From Pseudomonadota bacterium (GTDB lineage: Bacteria > Desulfobacterota > Desulfobacteria > Desulfobacterales > RPRI01): 64,000 nucleotides of DNA. This document shows positions 1 through 11,100 of this stretch, piece by piece. A program made the translations under genes and the position numbers. The notes below the pieces were generated by a model that ran no database searches, was not told the DNA's origin, and worked only from the letters and a program-made list of their open reading frames with translations. The stretch is taken from assembly GCA_043825875.1 (NCBI GenBank), contig JBDRRF010000079.1, positions 1 through 64,000 on the forward strand, written 5' to 3'. How positions within the stretch are numbered: the first letter of the stretch is position 1; each line of letters opens with the position of its first letter.

Positions 1-163
1 AATATTATCTTTATTTTATAATTATATATGATATTTATCTTGCATAATCTTTAATAATTAATGTTGCATATTATGTTGCTTTAACTTGACACCCCTTTTC
101 CGGTTTTCCTTTCATAAACAATATCATATTTAAATTAATAGATATCTTACTACCACCCTTTTT

Positions 164-179
164 TGGCACAACCTGTGCT
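164..179 (+). promoter_or_regulatory. putative sigma54 -24/-12 promoter
   Basis: TGGCACAACCTGTGCT has exact GG-N10-GC spacing, 75 bp upstream of the first ORF of the operon. Confidence 0.65.
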
Positions 180-253
180 GTTTATTTCCATATTAAATAC
201 GTAAAACATGTTTTTTATAAACGGAGCATTTCAGTTCGCCGAGGGAAACATTT

Positions 254-679
254 ATGGAACATGGAAATAAAATCAAAAAAATCTTAGTTGTAGCTGATGA
301 ATTGGATATACTGATTTTTCTTTCAAATCTATTGCGGGCCGAAGGCTTTGAAGTAGTTGAAGCCGATAATGGTGAACAGGGTTTAGCAAAAGCACGAAAG
401 AATTTGCCTGCCCTTATAATACTTGATGTCATGATGCCAGAAGAATCCGGGATTCAGACTTATCAGGCATTAAAGTATGACAAACGGCTCCAACGTATCC
501 CGGTTATAATGCTTTCGGCAATAAATAAAGAAACTTTTTCCCATTACCAAAAGTTTGAAAGTATAAAGGCAAGGCAAGGGATTCCGGAACCGGAAGCTTT
601 TCTGGAAAAACCGCCGGAAGCAGAAGAACTTATAAATGCCGTGCTTAAATTAATGCCAACGGATAGATATCATGAATAA
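254..679 (+). CDS. single-domain response regulator (receiver only)
   Basis: ILVVADE (first acidic residue is Ala), LDVMMP phospho-Asp, MLSA, FLEKP; no output domain. Confidence 0.9.
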   Translation: MEHGNKIKKILVVADELDILIFLSNLLRAEGFEVVEADNGEQGLAKARKNLPALIILDVMMPEESGIQTYQALKYDKRLQRIPVIMLSAINKETFSHYQKFESIKARQGIPEPEAFLEKPPEAEELINAVLKLMPTDRYHE

Positions 680-2975
680 TCATTCTGTAGATCCGAAACT
701 ATATAGTGAAGTTGCAAAATTCGGAGCAATGGATATGGAAATCTGCATGCAGTGCGGAGCATGCAGTGCATCATGCCCTTTGTCTGAAGGAAATAATCCG
801 TTTCCCCGAAAAATATACCGGTATCTCCAGCTTGGCTTAAAAGACAAGCTGCTGAAATCATCCGTGCCATGGATGTGTTATTACTGCGGCGAATGCAACA
901 AGGAATGCCCCAGAGGAGCAGAACCTGCAGAAACCATGATGGCTGCCCGGCGCTGGTTAACTACTCAATACGACTGGACCGGACTTGCCAAAAAGCTTTA
1001 CCTGTCTACAGCCTGGGAAATCGGTGCATTAGCCTCAGTAGCACTTTTTATTGTTTTACTTTTTGTTTTTTTCCACGGCCCAATAATTACCGATCATGTT
1101 TCGGTAAATACATTCGCACCGGTGATCTGGATTGAAATCGGCGATCTGTTGATGGCAACAATACTTTCCACTTTTCTTCTTTCCAATGCATTCAGGATGT
1201 TTCGATATATAATGGGGGACACAAAAGCACCCTTTATGCTTTATATTAAGGAAGCAAAAACATTTATTTTAAACTTTGCAACACAAAAACGCTGGATAAA
1301 GTGCTCAGATGATAAAAGCCGATGGATGAAACACTTTATCCTTGTAACCGGCTATCTTACCATGATGACACTTATCATTGTTTGTATACGATGGTTTCAG
1401 GTAGATGACAGCAGCTGGCATTTTACAAGTATTTTCGGCTACTATGCAACCGCTGTTCTTCTTTTTATAACAGTGGAAATGTTTTTAAGCCGCTTGAAAA
1501 AGCAGGAAACAATCCACAGATACTCAGAGCTTTCCGACTGGCTTTTTCTGATACTTCTTTTTCTTACAACTTTAACCGGAATATTGATGCATATAGTACG
1601 TCTTGCCGGATGGCCCATGGGAACATATGTAACATATGTTATTCATCTTGCGATTGCAGTTCCAATGCTTGTGATTGAAGTTCCTTTCGGAAAATGGTCC
1701 CACATGTTCTACAGACCGTTGGCTCTGTTTTTATCTGCTGTAAAAGATAAGGCATCAAAGGCATCCAGTATAGATATTGAAGAATTAATTGCAAAAGCCG
1801 GTGAAACATTTATGGTATGCCAGCAGTGCGGAACATGCACCAGCGTATGCCCCGTAAATTTAGTTTCAGATTACAGCCCACGCCGTATTTTGCGCAAACT
1901 TGCATTTGATAACGGAACACAGGAATCTGTCGAAAATGCCGCATGGGATTGTCTTACATGCAATACATGCGGTACAAACTGCCCGCGGGGGATAGACATA
2001 ATAGAAGTCATACGTGCTGTAAGAACTCTCAATATATCTTCCGGCAAAATTCATGAATCACTTAAAGCGCCTCTTGAAAGTCTGAAAAAAAACGGCAACC
2101 CATGGAACGAAGATCCTAAGAAGCGAATTGACTGGACAGGCGATTTAAGTATCGTATCTTTTACACCCGAAAACAAATACTGCCTTTTCACATGTTGCAC
2201 AACGGCTTATACTGCCGAAAACCAAAAAGCAGGACGTGCTTTAGTTCAACTTATGGATCATGCCGGAGTTAATTTCGGCACACTTGGCAATAAAGAAAAT
2301 TGCTGCGGCGATATAGCTCATAAGGCAGGTGCAACCGATACATTTAGTGGGCTTGTCACAAAAAACACAGAGATGTTTTTGCATGAAAACGTAAAAACAA
2401 TACTTATAACATCGCCGCATTGTTTAAACTCCTTTAAAAATAACTACCCCGGTTTAAAGGGTCATACAAACTGTGAACACTATACCGAACTTCTTGAAAG
2501 ACTGATTTTAAAAGGCCGTTTAAAACCTGTTGCCAGAATCGAATCAACGGTTACCTATCACGACCCATGCTATCTGGGCCGATACAATAATATTTATGAA
2601 GCGCCGCGCCGCATACTGCAAAGCATTCCAGGGCTTAAGCTCGTTGAAATGGGAAATAACAGAGAAGGCAGCATTTGCTGCGGCGGATTTGGCACAGACG
2701 CCTGGAATAATTACTACAATAATGGCCGGAAAAGCAACCAGCTTGGTATGTTGCGAATAGAAGAAGCGCTTGATACAGGCGCTGAAATACTTGTTACAGC
2801 ATGCCCGTTTTGTGTTCTTACTCTATATGATGCTGTAGAAAAACTTGGTGTAAAACACCGGATAACCGTTACCGATCCGGCACAATTGCTGCTGCAATCG
2901 GTAAATACAGTATATGAAGTTGATATTACAAATAACATCAAGCCGAGTTATAATAAAGAGGTCGTTTATGCCTGA
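672..2975 (+). CDS. QmoC-like (2x4Fe-4S plus membrane heme b) fused to HdrD-like (2x4Fe-4S plus CCG domains) oxidoreductase
   Basis: CMQCGACSASCP/CYYCGECNKECP, hydrophobic helices with His (KHF, IHLA, WSHMFYRP), second dicluster CQQCGTC/CLTCNTC, ENCCG, YHDPCYLGR, ICCGG, TACPFC. Confidence 0.85.
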   Translation: MNNHSVDPKLYSEVAKFGAMDMEICMQCGACSASCPLSEGNNPFPRKIYRYLQLGLKDKLLKSSVPWMCYYCGECNKECPRGAEPAETMMAARRWLTTQYDWTGLAKKLYLSTAWEIGALASVALFIVLLFVFFHGPIITDHVSVNTFAPVIWIEIGDLLMATILSTFLLSNAFRMFRYIMGDTKAPFMLYIKEAKTFILNFATQKRWIKCSDDKSRWMKHFILVTGYLTMMTLIIVCIRWFQVDDSSWHFTSIFGYYATAVLLFITVEMFLSRLKKQETIHRYSELSDWLFLILLFLTTLTGILMHIVRLAGWPMGTYVTYVIHLAIAVPMLVIEVPFGKWSHMFYRPLALFLSAVKDKASKASSIDIEELIAKAGETFMVCQQCGTCTSVCPVNLVSDYSPRRILRKLAFDNGTQESVENAAWDCLTCNTCGTNCPRGIDIIEVIRAVRTLNISSGKIHESLKAPLESLKKNGNPWNEDPKKRIDWTGDLSIVSFTPENKYCLFTCCTTAYTAENQKAGRALVQLMDHAGVNFGTLGNKENCCGDIAHKAGATDTFSGLVTKNTEMFLHENVKTILITSPHCLNSFKNNYPGLKGHTNCEHYTELLERLILKGRLKPVARIESTVTYHDPCYLGRYNNIYEAPRRILQSIPGLKLVEMGNNREGSICCGGFGTDAWNNYYNNGRKSNQLGMLRIEEALDTGAEILVTACPFCVLTLYDAVEKLGVKHRITVTDPAQLLLQSVNTVYEVDITNNIKPSYNKEVVYA

Positions 2976-5900
2976 TAGAATCGGATTTTATATCTGCCAT
3001 TGCGGCATTAATATAGCCTATAGGGTTCGCGTGAAAGAAGTTGCCGAATATGCGGCTACCTTACCAAATGTTGTGGTTTCACGTGATTACCTGTTTATGT
3101 GTTCAGATCCCGGACAGGAACTTATAGAAAAGGACATTCGAGAACATAATTTAACCCGTGTGATAGTGTCATCATGCTCACCCAGGATGCATGAAAAAAC
3201 GTTTCGCGCCGCATGTCAAAGGGGCGGCCTTAATCCATACAAAGCATTTCATATGGTATGTGTTCGCGAGCATGTTTCATGGGTAACCGAAAACGAAGAT
3301 GAAGCCACCGAAAAAGCAAAAACCCTAGTAAGAGCCGGCATTATGAGAGTTGTCAACCAGCACATACTAACTCCGGCTACGTTTCCGGTGTGCACAAACA
3401 CCCTTGTGGTAGGCGGTGGTATTGCAGGTATGCAGGCATCTCTTGATATATCCAAAGCAGGATATAAAGTATATCTTGTAGAAAGGCAACCTACAGTCGG
3501 CGGGCATATGCTGCAATACGACAAGACATTTCCTACCCTTGACTGTGCGGCCTGTATCGGCACGCCAAAGATGGTTTCAGTAGGTCAGGAGCCGAATATC
3601 AAATTACTCACTTATAGCGAGGTTGAAGATGTTAGCGGTTTTGTCGGCAATTTTAAAGTTAAAGTCAGAAAAAAATCCCGTTTTATTGAAAAAAACTGCA
3701 CCGGCTGCGGTGAGTGCGAAAAAGTTTGCCCGGTTGAATTTACAAATGAGTGGGATGTAAATACTAAAATCAGAAAGGCTATATACCGTCCGTTTCCCCA
3801 GGCAGTCCCTATTACTTATTGTATAGATAAGTACGACAGGGCTCCTTGTGTTCAAACCTGTCCGGCAGGCACAAATGTCCAGGGATATGTGGCTTTGATC
3901 AAATCGGGAAAATATAAAGAAGCCCTGAATCTGATTATGGAGCGCCTGCCTTTGCCAGCAACACTTGGGCGTGTCTGCCCGGCCCCGTGTGAAAATGCCT
4001 GCCGGAGAGGCGAAGTGGATAGCGCTGTTGCTATACGTGACCTGAAGAGATTTGCGGCGGATCAAACGGATATTTCTATGCTGCCCACACCCGATATTAA
4101 GGATCTTGACGACAAAGTGGCGGTTATCGGTTCAGGTCCTGCTGGTCTTACGGCGGCATATTATCTGCGCTTAAAAGGTTACCAAATTACTATCTTTGAA
4201 GCTCTGCCGGTTTTAGGAGGCATGCTTCGTGTAGGTATACCGGATTACCGGCTTCCGCCTGATATTCTTGATAAGGAAATCCAAAACATCCTGCGCCTGG
4301 GTATAGAAGTTCAAACGGAGAAAATATTAGGAATTGATTTTAGCCTTGATGATTTAAAAAGCCAGGGCTTTAAAGCGATTTTTCTCGGAATCGGCGCTCA
4401 TAACAGTCTTAAACTCGGCATTCCCGGTGAAGAAGTTTTAGAGGGTGTTATCGATGCTGTCAAATTTTTAAGAAATGTAAATCTGGGTGTTATAAAAAAG
4501 CCCGGAGACAAGGTCATAATTATCGGTGGCGGCAATGTGGCTATTGATGCTGCAAGATCTGCATTGCGAATAGGTTGCAAACAGGTGGATATTATCTATC
4601 GCCGCAGCCGCGAGCAGATGCCGGCTTATCATGAAGAAATCAGGGATGCGCTGGAAGAAGGAATCAAAATCCATTATCTTACAGCACCAATCTCTATTCG
4701 TGGAAATAACGGGCAAGTTGATGCTGTTGAGTGTATAAAAAACGAACTTGGCGCGCCTGATGCAAGCGGCCGTAGCCGGCCCGTGCCCGTTTCAGGATCG
4801 GAGTTTGTAATTAAGTGTGATACAGTAATACCGGCAATAGGACAAAAGCCTGAAGTAAAATGGCTTATAAAAGATAATCTTGTACAAGTTTCAAAACGAA
4901 ATACCATACATGTTAATCCGCATACCATGCAGACAAACATTCCATACATATTTGGAGGAGGCGATGCAGTCAGCGGGCCTGCAACTGTTGTAGAAGCCGT
5001 ATCCGCTGCCCGGAAAGCAGTTGATGCTATCCATTGTTATATTTGCGGAGATGATCTTGATATTTTTAGCGCAAACTTAGCTTCAAGAAAAGCACCGGGT
5101 CAAAACTGGGCTAAAATACCCCCATTTATCCAAAAAATTGACAAGGTAAACTTGCAGCATCGGGAGGTCAAGGAACGCATTACTTCTTTCAAAGAAGTCA
5201 GCTTAAGATTAGCGGAAGCAGAAGCAATAAATGAGGCTTCGCGTTGTATAAATTGCGGCGGATGCTGTGAATGCAAGCTTTGCGTATCTTCATGCGAAGC
5301 AAAAGCAATTAATCATTTAATGAAAGATGAGATAGAAGATATCGATGTAGGATCAATAATTGTCGCAACCGGTTTCGATCCTTTAAACCCAAGTCCGATG
5401 CATCAGTACGGTTACGGCAAGTATCCAAATGTATTCACCAACCTGGAGTTCGAGCGTCTTTCAAATGCTACGGGACCGACAGGTGGTAAAATCCTTAAAC
5501 GAAATACTTATGACCGTTTGAAGTTTACTGAACCTCCCAAGAGTGTCGCAATCTTACATTGCATAGGAAGCCGCGACATCAATTTCCATGAATACTGTTC
5601 TCGTACCTGCTGTATGTATGCGCTTAAGTATGCCCATCTTATCAAAGACAAGTGCGGACACGATACCGAAGTATACAATTTCTACATCGATATGCGCTGC
5701 TTTGGCAAAGGGTATGAAGAATTTTACAAACGCGTTCAAAGCGAGGGTGTACGCATGGTTCGCGGCAAAGCTTCACGGATTGAAGAAAAAAATGGTCTCC
5801 TGTTAGTAACAGCCGAAGACACACTTTCAGACAGAATATTAAAAATACCTGTTGAAATGGTTATCCTGTGTACTGCTATGGAACCGCGTCCCGATACAAA

Positions 5901-6348
5901 CGAGGTATCGCGAACATTTGGAATAAGCGTCGGAGGTGACGGCTTTTTTCTTGAAGAACATCCGAAACTCGAACCGGTTTCTACTGCTGCAAGTGGTATT
6001 TTTCTGGCAGGAACATGCCAGGGTCCAAAGGATATTCCGGATACCGTTGCACAGGCAAAAGGAGCTGCGGCTGAGGCTCTGGCCTTAAGTGCTTCGGGAA
6101 AAGTATCAGTATCTCCTATGATTTCACATATAGATCCGGACATATGTATAGGCTGCCGGATTTGCATAGATCTATGCGCCTATTCGGCAATTGAATTTAA
6201 TGAATTAAAAAGAATAAGCGAGGTTAATGAAGCCGTATGTAAAGGCTGCGGAAGTTGTTCTGGCTACTGCCCAAGCGGTGCCGCCCAGATCCGGCATTTT
6301 ACAGGCAAGCAGATTTTTTCGGAAATAGACGGCTTGCTGGCAGGTTAA
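2968..6348 (+). CDS. hdrA: HdrA-like flavoprotein with inserted GltD-like NAD(P)H oxidoreductase module (HdrL type)
   Basis: Start at ATG 2968 after GAGGT; YICHCG, VGGGIAG, KTFPTLDC, GRVCPAPCENACRR, GSGPAG, GGGNVA..YRR, EFERL, CSRTCCMYALK, C-terminal ferredoxin. Confidence 0.9.
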   Translation: MPDRIGFYICHCGINIAYRVRVKEVAEYAATLPNVVVSRDYLFMCSDPGQELIEKDIREHNLTRVIVSSCSPRMHEKTFRAACQRGGLNPYKAFHMVCVREHVSWVTENEDEATEKAKTLVRAGIMRVVNQHILTPATFPVCTNTLVVGGGIAGMQASLDISKAGYKVYLVERQPTVGGHMLQYDKTFPTLDCAACIGTPKMVSVGQEPNIKLLTYSEVEDVSGFVGNFKVKVRKKSRFIEKNCTGCGECEKVCPVEFTNEWDVNTKIRKAIYRPFPQAVPITYCIDKYDRAPCVQTCPAGTNVQGYVALIKSGKYKEALNLIMERLPLPATLGRVCPAPCENACRRGEVDSAVAIRDLKRFAADQTDISMLPTPDIKDLDDKVAVIGSGPAGLTAAYYLRLKGYQITIFEALPVLGGMLRVGIPDYRLPPDILDKEIQNILRLGIEVQTEKILGIDFSLDDLKSQGFKAIFLGIGAHNSLKLGIPGEEVLEGVIDAVKFLRNVNLGVIKKPGDKVIIIGGGNVAIDAARSALRIGCKQVDIIYRRSREQMPAYHEEIRDALEEGIKIHYLTAPISIRGNNGQVDAVECIKNELGAPDASGRSRPVPVSGSEFVIKCDTVIPAIGQKPEVKWLIKDNLVQVSKRNTIHVNPHTMQTNIPYIFGGGDAVSGPATVVEAVSAARKAVDAIHCYICGDDLDIFSANLASRKAPGQNWAKIPPFIQKIDKVNLQHREVKERITSFKEVSLRLAEAEAINEASRCINCGGCCECKLCVSSCEAKAINHLMKDEIEDIDVGSIIVATGFDPLNPSPMHQYGYGKYPNVFTNLEFERLSNATGPTGGKILKRNTYDRLKFTEPPKSVAILHCIGSRDINFHEYCSRTCCMYALKYAHLIKDKCGHDTEVYNFYIDMRCFGKGYEEFYKRVQSEGVRMVRGKASRIEEKNGLLLVTAEDTLSDRILKIPVEMVILCTAMEPRPDTNEVSRTFGISVGGDGFFLEEHPKLEPVSTAASGIFLAGTCQGPKDIPDTVAQAKGAAAEALALSASGKVSVSPMISHIDPDICIGCRICIDLCAYSAIEFNELKRISEVNEAVCKGCGSCSGYCPSGAAQIRHFTGKQIFSEIDGLLAG

Positions 6349-6406
6349 TATATCCGGAGCATATTATACCATATAAACTTCAGACGAATTGTTTTTCAAA
6401 ATGATG

Positions 6407-6482
6407 CAAGTATTCAAAAGTTCGGGGTTAAAACATAATCAGATTTCACTTGAACCCTTGACCCCTCGAATCCTTGAATCCT
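6407..6482. repeat. octamer-based palindromic intergenic repeat (TTGAACCC/TCGAATCC family)
   Basis: cttgaacccttgacccctcgaatccttgaatcc; related copies at 43793 and 61303. Confidence 0.7.
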
Positions 6483-6507
6483 AATAATTACAGAAAGGAA
6501 CAAAAAT

Positions 6508-6930
6508 ATGAGCGAGTTTGAACCGACAATTGTGGCTTTCTTTTGCAACTGGTGTACTTACACTGCTGCTGATTTAGCCGGAACTTCACGTCTGTCATAC
6601 CCTCCTAATATAAAAATCATCCGGGTAATGTGCACCGGTATGGTTGACCCGCAATATATCATCAAAGCCTTTTTGGAAGGCGCAGACGGAGTGCTGGTCA
6701 GCGGCTGCCATCCGGGCGACTGCCATTATATTAACGGAAATTATAAAGCACGCAGGCGAATCAAGCTGTTAAAAGAAATTCTTCCTCAATTCGGATTTGA
6801 TTCCAAAAGATTAAGATTAACATGGATAGGAGCAAGTGACGGAATTCGTCTGGCGGAAATTATGCGTGAACTTGTATCACAAATCAAAGAACTGGGCCCC
6901 GGCCAAGCAAAATTGAGTATGGTGATTTAG
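6508..6930 (+). CDS. mvhD: MvhD/FlpD [2Fe-2S] subunit
   Basis: FFCNWCTYTAADLAG, RVMCTG, SGCHPGDCHY. Confidence 0.95.
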   Translation: MSEFEPTIVAFFCNWCTYTAADLAGTSRLSYPPNIKIIRVMCTGMVDPQYIIKAFLEGADGVLVSGCHPGDCHYINGNYKARRRIKLLKEILPQFGFDSKRLRLTWIGASDGIRLAEIMRELVSQIKELGPGQAKLSMVI

Positions 6931-6948
6931 AATATATTCGGAGGGAAT

Positions 6949-8094
6949 ATGACGGTTACGGCAAAAATTAATATTAAAAATCAGGATATATCGGAATCCA
7001 TAAGAAGTTTTCTGGAAGATATTCTTAAAACCGGAATTGTTCAGGCAATGCTTGTGCCTCAGCATCTCCCGATGAAAAAAATGGTAATGCCCACGCTGGT
7101 AACTGATCCAAAACATTTAGAAGGTGTAGATACTATTGCTCCTGCATTTCCAATGACTGCGGCAACAATTGCCGCCAAACTCACACGCAAGCCAATGGGC
7201 GGTAAAATAGCAGCAGTATTGCGCCCCTGTGAGATCAGAGCATTTATTGAACTGGTTAAACTGAACCAGGCCCAAAAAGATGACATTATCTTGATAAGCG
7301 TAGATTGTTTAGGCGCATTTTCAAATAATGACTATTTAAAATTCTTTAGTCAAAAAACAAAAGAAGCAAGCACCATGTTTTATAAAAAGGTTATGGATGA
7401 AAATGCTGTTGAAATAGAAGGAGTAAAGCTTGCCGCAGCCTGTATGGCATGTGAACATCCGGTTTCCGAAAACGCCGATATCCAGATCGGCTTATACGGG
7501 ATGAATACCGATGAATCCTTGCTAATTAAGGCTCAAACACAAGCCGGAGATAATATATTAAAGCAACTTAACTTAAGCGCTGCAAATGAACCTGCGGGCA
7601 GACAGAACGCCATCAGCAGCCTGATTAAACAGCGCACTGAATACAAAGACAAAATGATCGCCAAAACAAGGGAAGCAACCGATAGCCTGGAAAAAATATC
7701 CGAGTATTTTGCTTCCTGCGTCAATTGCTATAATTGCCGGGTGGCTTGCCCTGTTTGCTATTGCAAAGAATGTGTTTTTGTTACGGATGTATTTAACCAT
7801 GATCCTTCCCAGTATTTAAGCTGGGCTAAACGGAAAGGGATCATTAAAATGCCTACCGATACCCTTTTTTATCATATCACGCGTCTGACTCATATGAGTA
7901 CGGCTTGTGTCGGCTGTGGCCAGTGCTCAAACGCCTGCCCGAACGATATCCCGGTTATGGAGCTGTTTCGCTCCATAGGAGATATCACCCAAAAGGCTTT
8001 TGATTACCAGGCAGGTAAAAGTATTGAACAAAGACCTCCTCTGTCGATATTTAATAAGGACGAATATCAAGAGGTGGTAGGAATAAACGATTAA
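6949..8094 (+). CDS. FdhB/FrhB-like iron-sulfur subunit
   Basis: LRPCEIRA, VDCLG, CVNCYNCRVACPVCYCKEC, CVGCGQCSNACP. Confidence 0.8.
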   Translation: MTVTAKINIKNQDISESIRSFLEDILKTGIVQAMLVPQHLPMKKMVMPTLVTDPKHLEGVDTIAPAFPMTAATIAAKLTRKPMGGKIAAVLRPCEIRAFIELVKLNQAQKDDIILISVDCLGAFSNNDYLKFFSQKTKEASTMFYKKVMDENAVEIEGVKLAAACMACEHPVSENADIQIGLYGMNTDESLLIKAQTQAGDNILKQLNLSAANEPAGRQNAISSLIKQRTEYKDKMIAKTREATDSLEKISEYFASCVNCYNCRVACPVCYCKECVFVTDVFNHDPSQYLSWAKRKGIIKMPTDTLFYHITRLTHMSTACVGCGQCSNACPNDIPVMELFRSIGDITQKAFDYQAGKSIEQRPPLSIFNKDEYQEVVGIND

Positions 8095-8103
8095 GAGGTA
8101 TTT

Positions 8104-11100
8104 ATGACCAAAAAATACGGCAAGGCTCTGGTTGTAGGCGCTGGAATAAGCGGACTTCGCGCCGCTTTGGATCTGGCAGAATACGGCTATGGCGTCACGC
8201 TGATAGACAAGGCACCGAATACAGGCGGCATATTAAGACAGCTGGATTATCAATTCCCAACGGATACTTGTGGAATGTGCAAGATGCTTCCGCTGTACAA
8301 TCGAGACAAAGGTTCACAATATTGTCTGCGTAAAGGTTTGTTTCATAAAAATATTGAAATACTTCTTTCAACACAACTTACATCGGTTGAAGGCGAAGCA
8401 GGACAATTTCAGGCAACGGTAAGACAGCATTCTAACTGGGTTGATCCAAATCATTGCACAGGCTGCGGTTATTGCGCCAATGTCTGTCCGGTAGTGGTGC
8501 CTGACGAATTTAACGAAAATATCGGAACTCATAAAGCAATTTATCTGCCTGTTCCTCATGCCATACCGAATCCGTATATAATTGATCTTTCATTATGCAC
8601 ACATTGCGGAGCCTGCATATCAGCTTGTCCGACAGGTGCAATTAATTTGCCTCAGGATAAACGAAAATCCTTTCATATACTGGTAGTTGATGACGAACTG
8701 ATTATGCGTGATTCTTTAAAAGAATGGTTAATAGACGAAGGGTTTTGGGTTGATATGGCAGCTTCCGGCACCGAAGCTCTCGATAAACTGAAAACACAGG
8801 CTTACGATTTAATGCTTTTAGATATCATGATGCCAGACATGGATGGAGTACAAGTACTTCAAAAAGCTAAAGAGATTTTTGATGATCTGAAAGTAATTAT
8901 GATGACCGCTTACGCAACCGTGGAAACCGCTGTCGAAGCCATGAAAATCGGGGCTTTGGACTATCTGGTCAAGCCGTTTGATCCTGATGTTTTAATCCCG
9001 ATGATTGCAAAGATATTTCAGGATACCGCAGCCGTTGTCGAAGAAAGGCAGCTTGACGTAGGCGCAATCGTGCTTTGTGGCGGAACCGGTTTTTTCAATC
9101 CAAAAAACGAAAAGAACTTGTTTGGTTATAAAGCTTATCCCAATGTTTTAACAAGCCTTGAATTTGAGCGCATGATAAGCGGAACCGGCCCATGCAATGG
9201 TACTCTGTTACGGCCTTTCGATAATAAACCTGTAAAAAAAATAGCATGGATACAGTGTGTCGGATCTCGCGATTTGCAAACTAATGCGGATTTTTGTTCA
9301 GGAATATGCTGCATGTTTTCAATCAAGGAGGCGCTGCTTGCTAAAAGATCAAGTACGCAAGATATAGAAACAACTATCTTTTATATGGACTTAAGAACAT
9401 ACGGAAAAACATTTCAGCGTTACCGTGAACAGGCCCAAAATATATATGATGTTAATTTTGTAAGAGCAAAAGTTCATTCGGTTTTTCCGGATACAGCAAC
9501 CGGAGATTTAATTGTCCGCAATATGGATATCTCCGGCAATTATAAAGAAGAAAGGTTTGATATGCTGGTGCTTGCTGTTGGCCAGAGACCGGCGCAAGGA
9601 ACATCTGAAATGGCGGAATTGCTGGGATTAGATTTAAATCAATGGGGATTCGGAAAAACCGAGCCGTTTTCGCTAACTAAAACCGGCATTGACGGAATAA
9701 CATTCGGGGGTTCTTTTACAGGGCTCAAAGACATCAGCGATTCGCTTATACAAGCGTCATCGGCAGCTGCTAATGCTTCACGGGTAATTCATTCAAAAGG
9801 AGGAGAGCTTTCATTAGAAGATAAGAAAAGTCCACCACAAAATGCCCTGGCAAAAGCAATCCCTAAAATTCTGACTGTAATTTGTACTTGCGGTAACAGG
9901 TTATCGAAATCAGCAGATTTAGATTATATCAGCAAGCGGCTTAAATCCGACCCCTTAGTTGAGAATATTGAGTTTTTGGAACAACTTTGCACAAGGCAAT
10001 CATTTGATACTCTTATTAATATAATTAATAAGTCAAATCCAAACAGACTTCTTATCGCAACATGTCTTCCCTATGTATATAAATTTAAGATAAATGTGCT
10101 TTGTAAACAAACAGGCCTTAATCCTGACTTAATTTCTATAGTTGATATAAATACCGATATATCACATTTGCTTCGCCCGGATTCCTGCGATGAAATACAA
10201 CAATATAATATTTCAGACACAAAAATATCACATGCTGTCGAACAGCGGCTTTTGTCCGTAATTGAAACCGGTATAGCAAAGCTTAAATGGGCGAATATGT
10301 CTGAAACTCAAACAATTCCGATTTGCCAAAAAGCCCTTGTAGTAGGCGGAGGGATAGCCGGTATGACAACTGCTCTGGCAATTGCCGACCATGGCTTTGA
10401 AGTGGATATCATAGAGCAGACCGAAAAATTTGGAGGCAACCTGAATTGGCTTAAAAAAACATTGGACGGATATTCTACAAACGAGTTGCTGGAAAAAACT
10501 CTTGATCTTGTTCAAAAACATCCGAAGATCAATACTTATACCCAATCAACAGTAACCGGTTCTTCCGGTGAAATAGGAAATTTTAGTACTGATATAAAAG
10601 ATTCCGAAAATCAGGTTCATACATTACAACATGGCGTTACCGTTTTAGCCACAGGAGGAAGACAGGCAGATACCCGGTCTTATACTTACGGAGCAAATCC
10701 ATCTGTTATCACCCAGAAAGAATTGGAACAAAAACTTTCGGATAATACTATTGATCCTGAAAAACTAAATTCCGTGGTAATGATCCAATGCGTTGATTCC
10801 AGGCAGGAACCGCGTAATTACTGTAGCCGCATCTGCTGTGCGAATGCCTTAAAACATGCGCTTTTTCTCAAAGAAAAAAACCCAGCTATCTCGGTATATA
10901 TTCTTTACAGAGACCTTATGGTATACGGTTTTCACGAAACATATTATACACAGGCCAGAAATGCGGGCATAATTTTTATACAGTATGACACTGATAACAA
11001 ACCCATTGTTAATGACGAAAACGATAAAACTCAAATCTCGGCATTTGAACCGATACTTAAAAAACAACTGCAAATTGAAACCGATCTTGTGGTTCTGGCT

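Noticed and set aside
2968..6930. Selenocysteine recoding in HdrA or MvhD
   Set aside because: The usual Sec positions (DCAAC, CNWC, GCH..DCHY) are Cys codons and the frames are open
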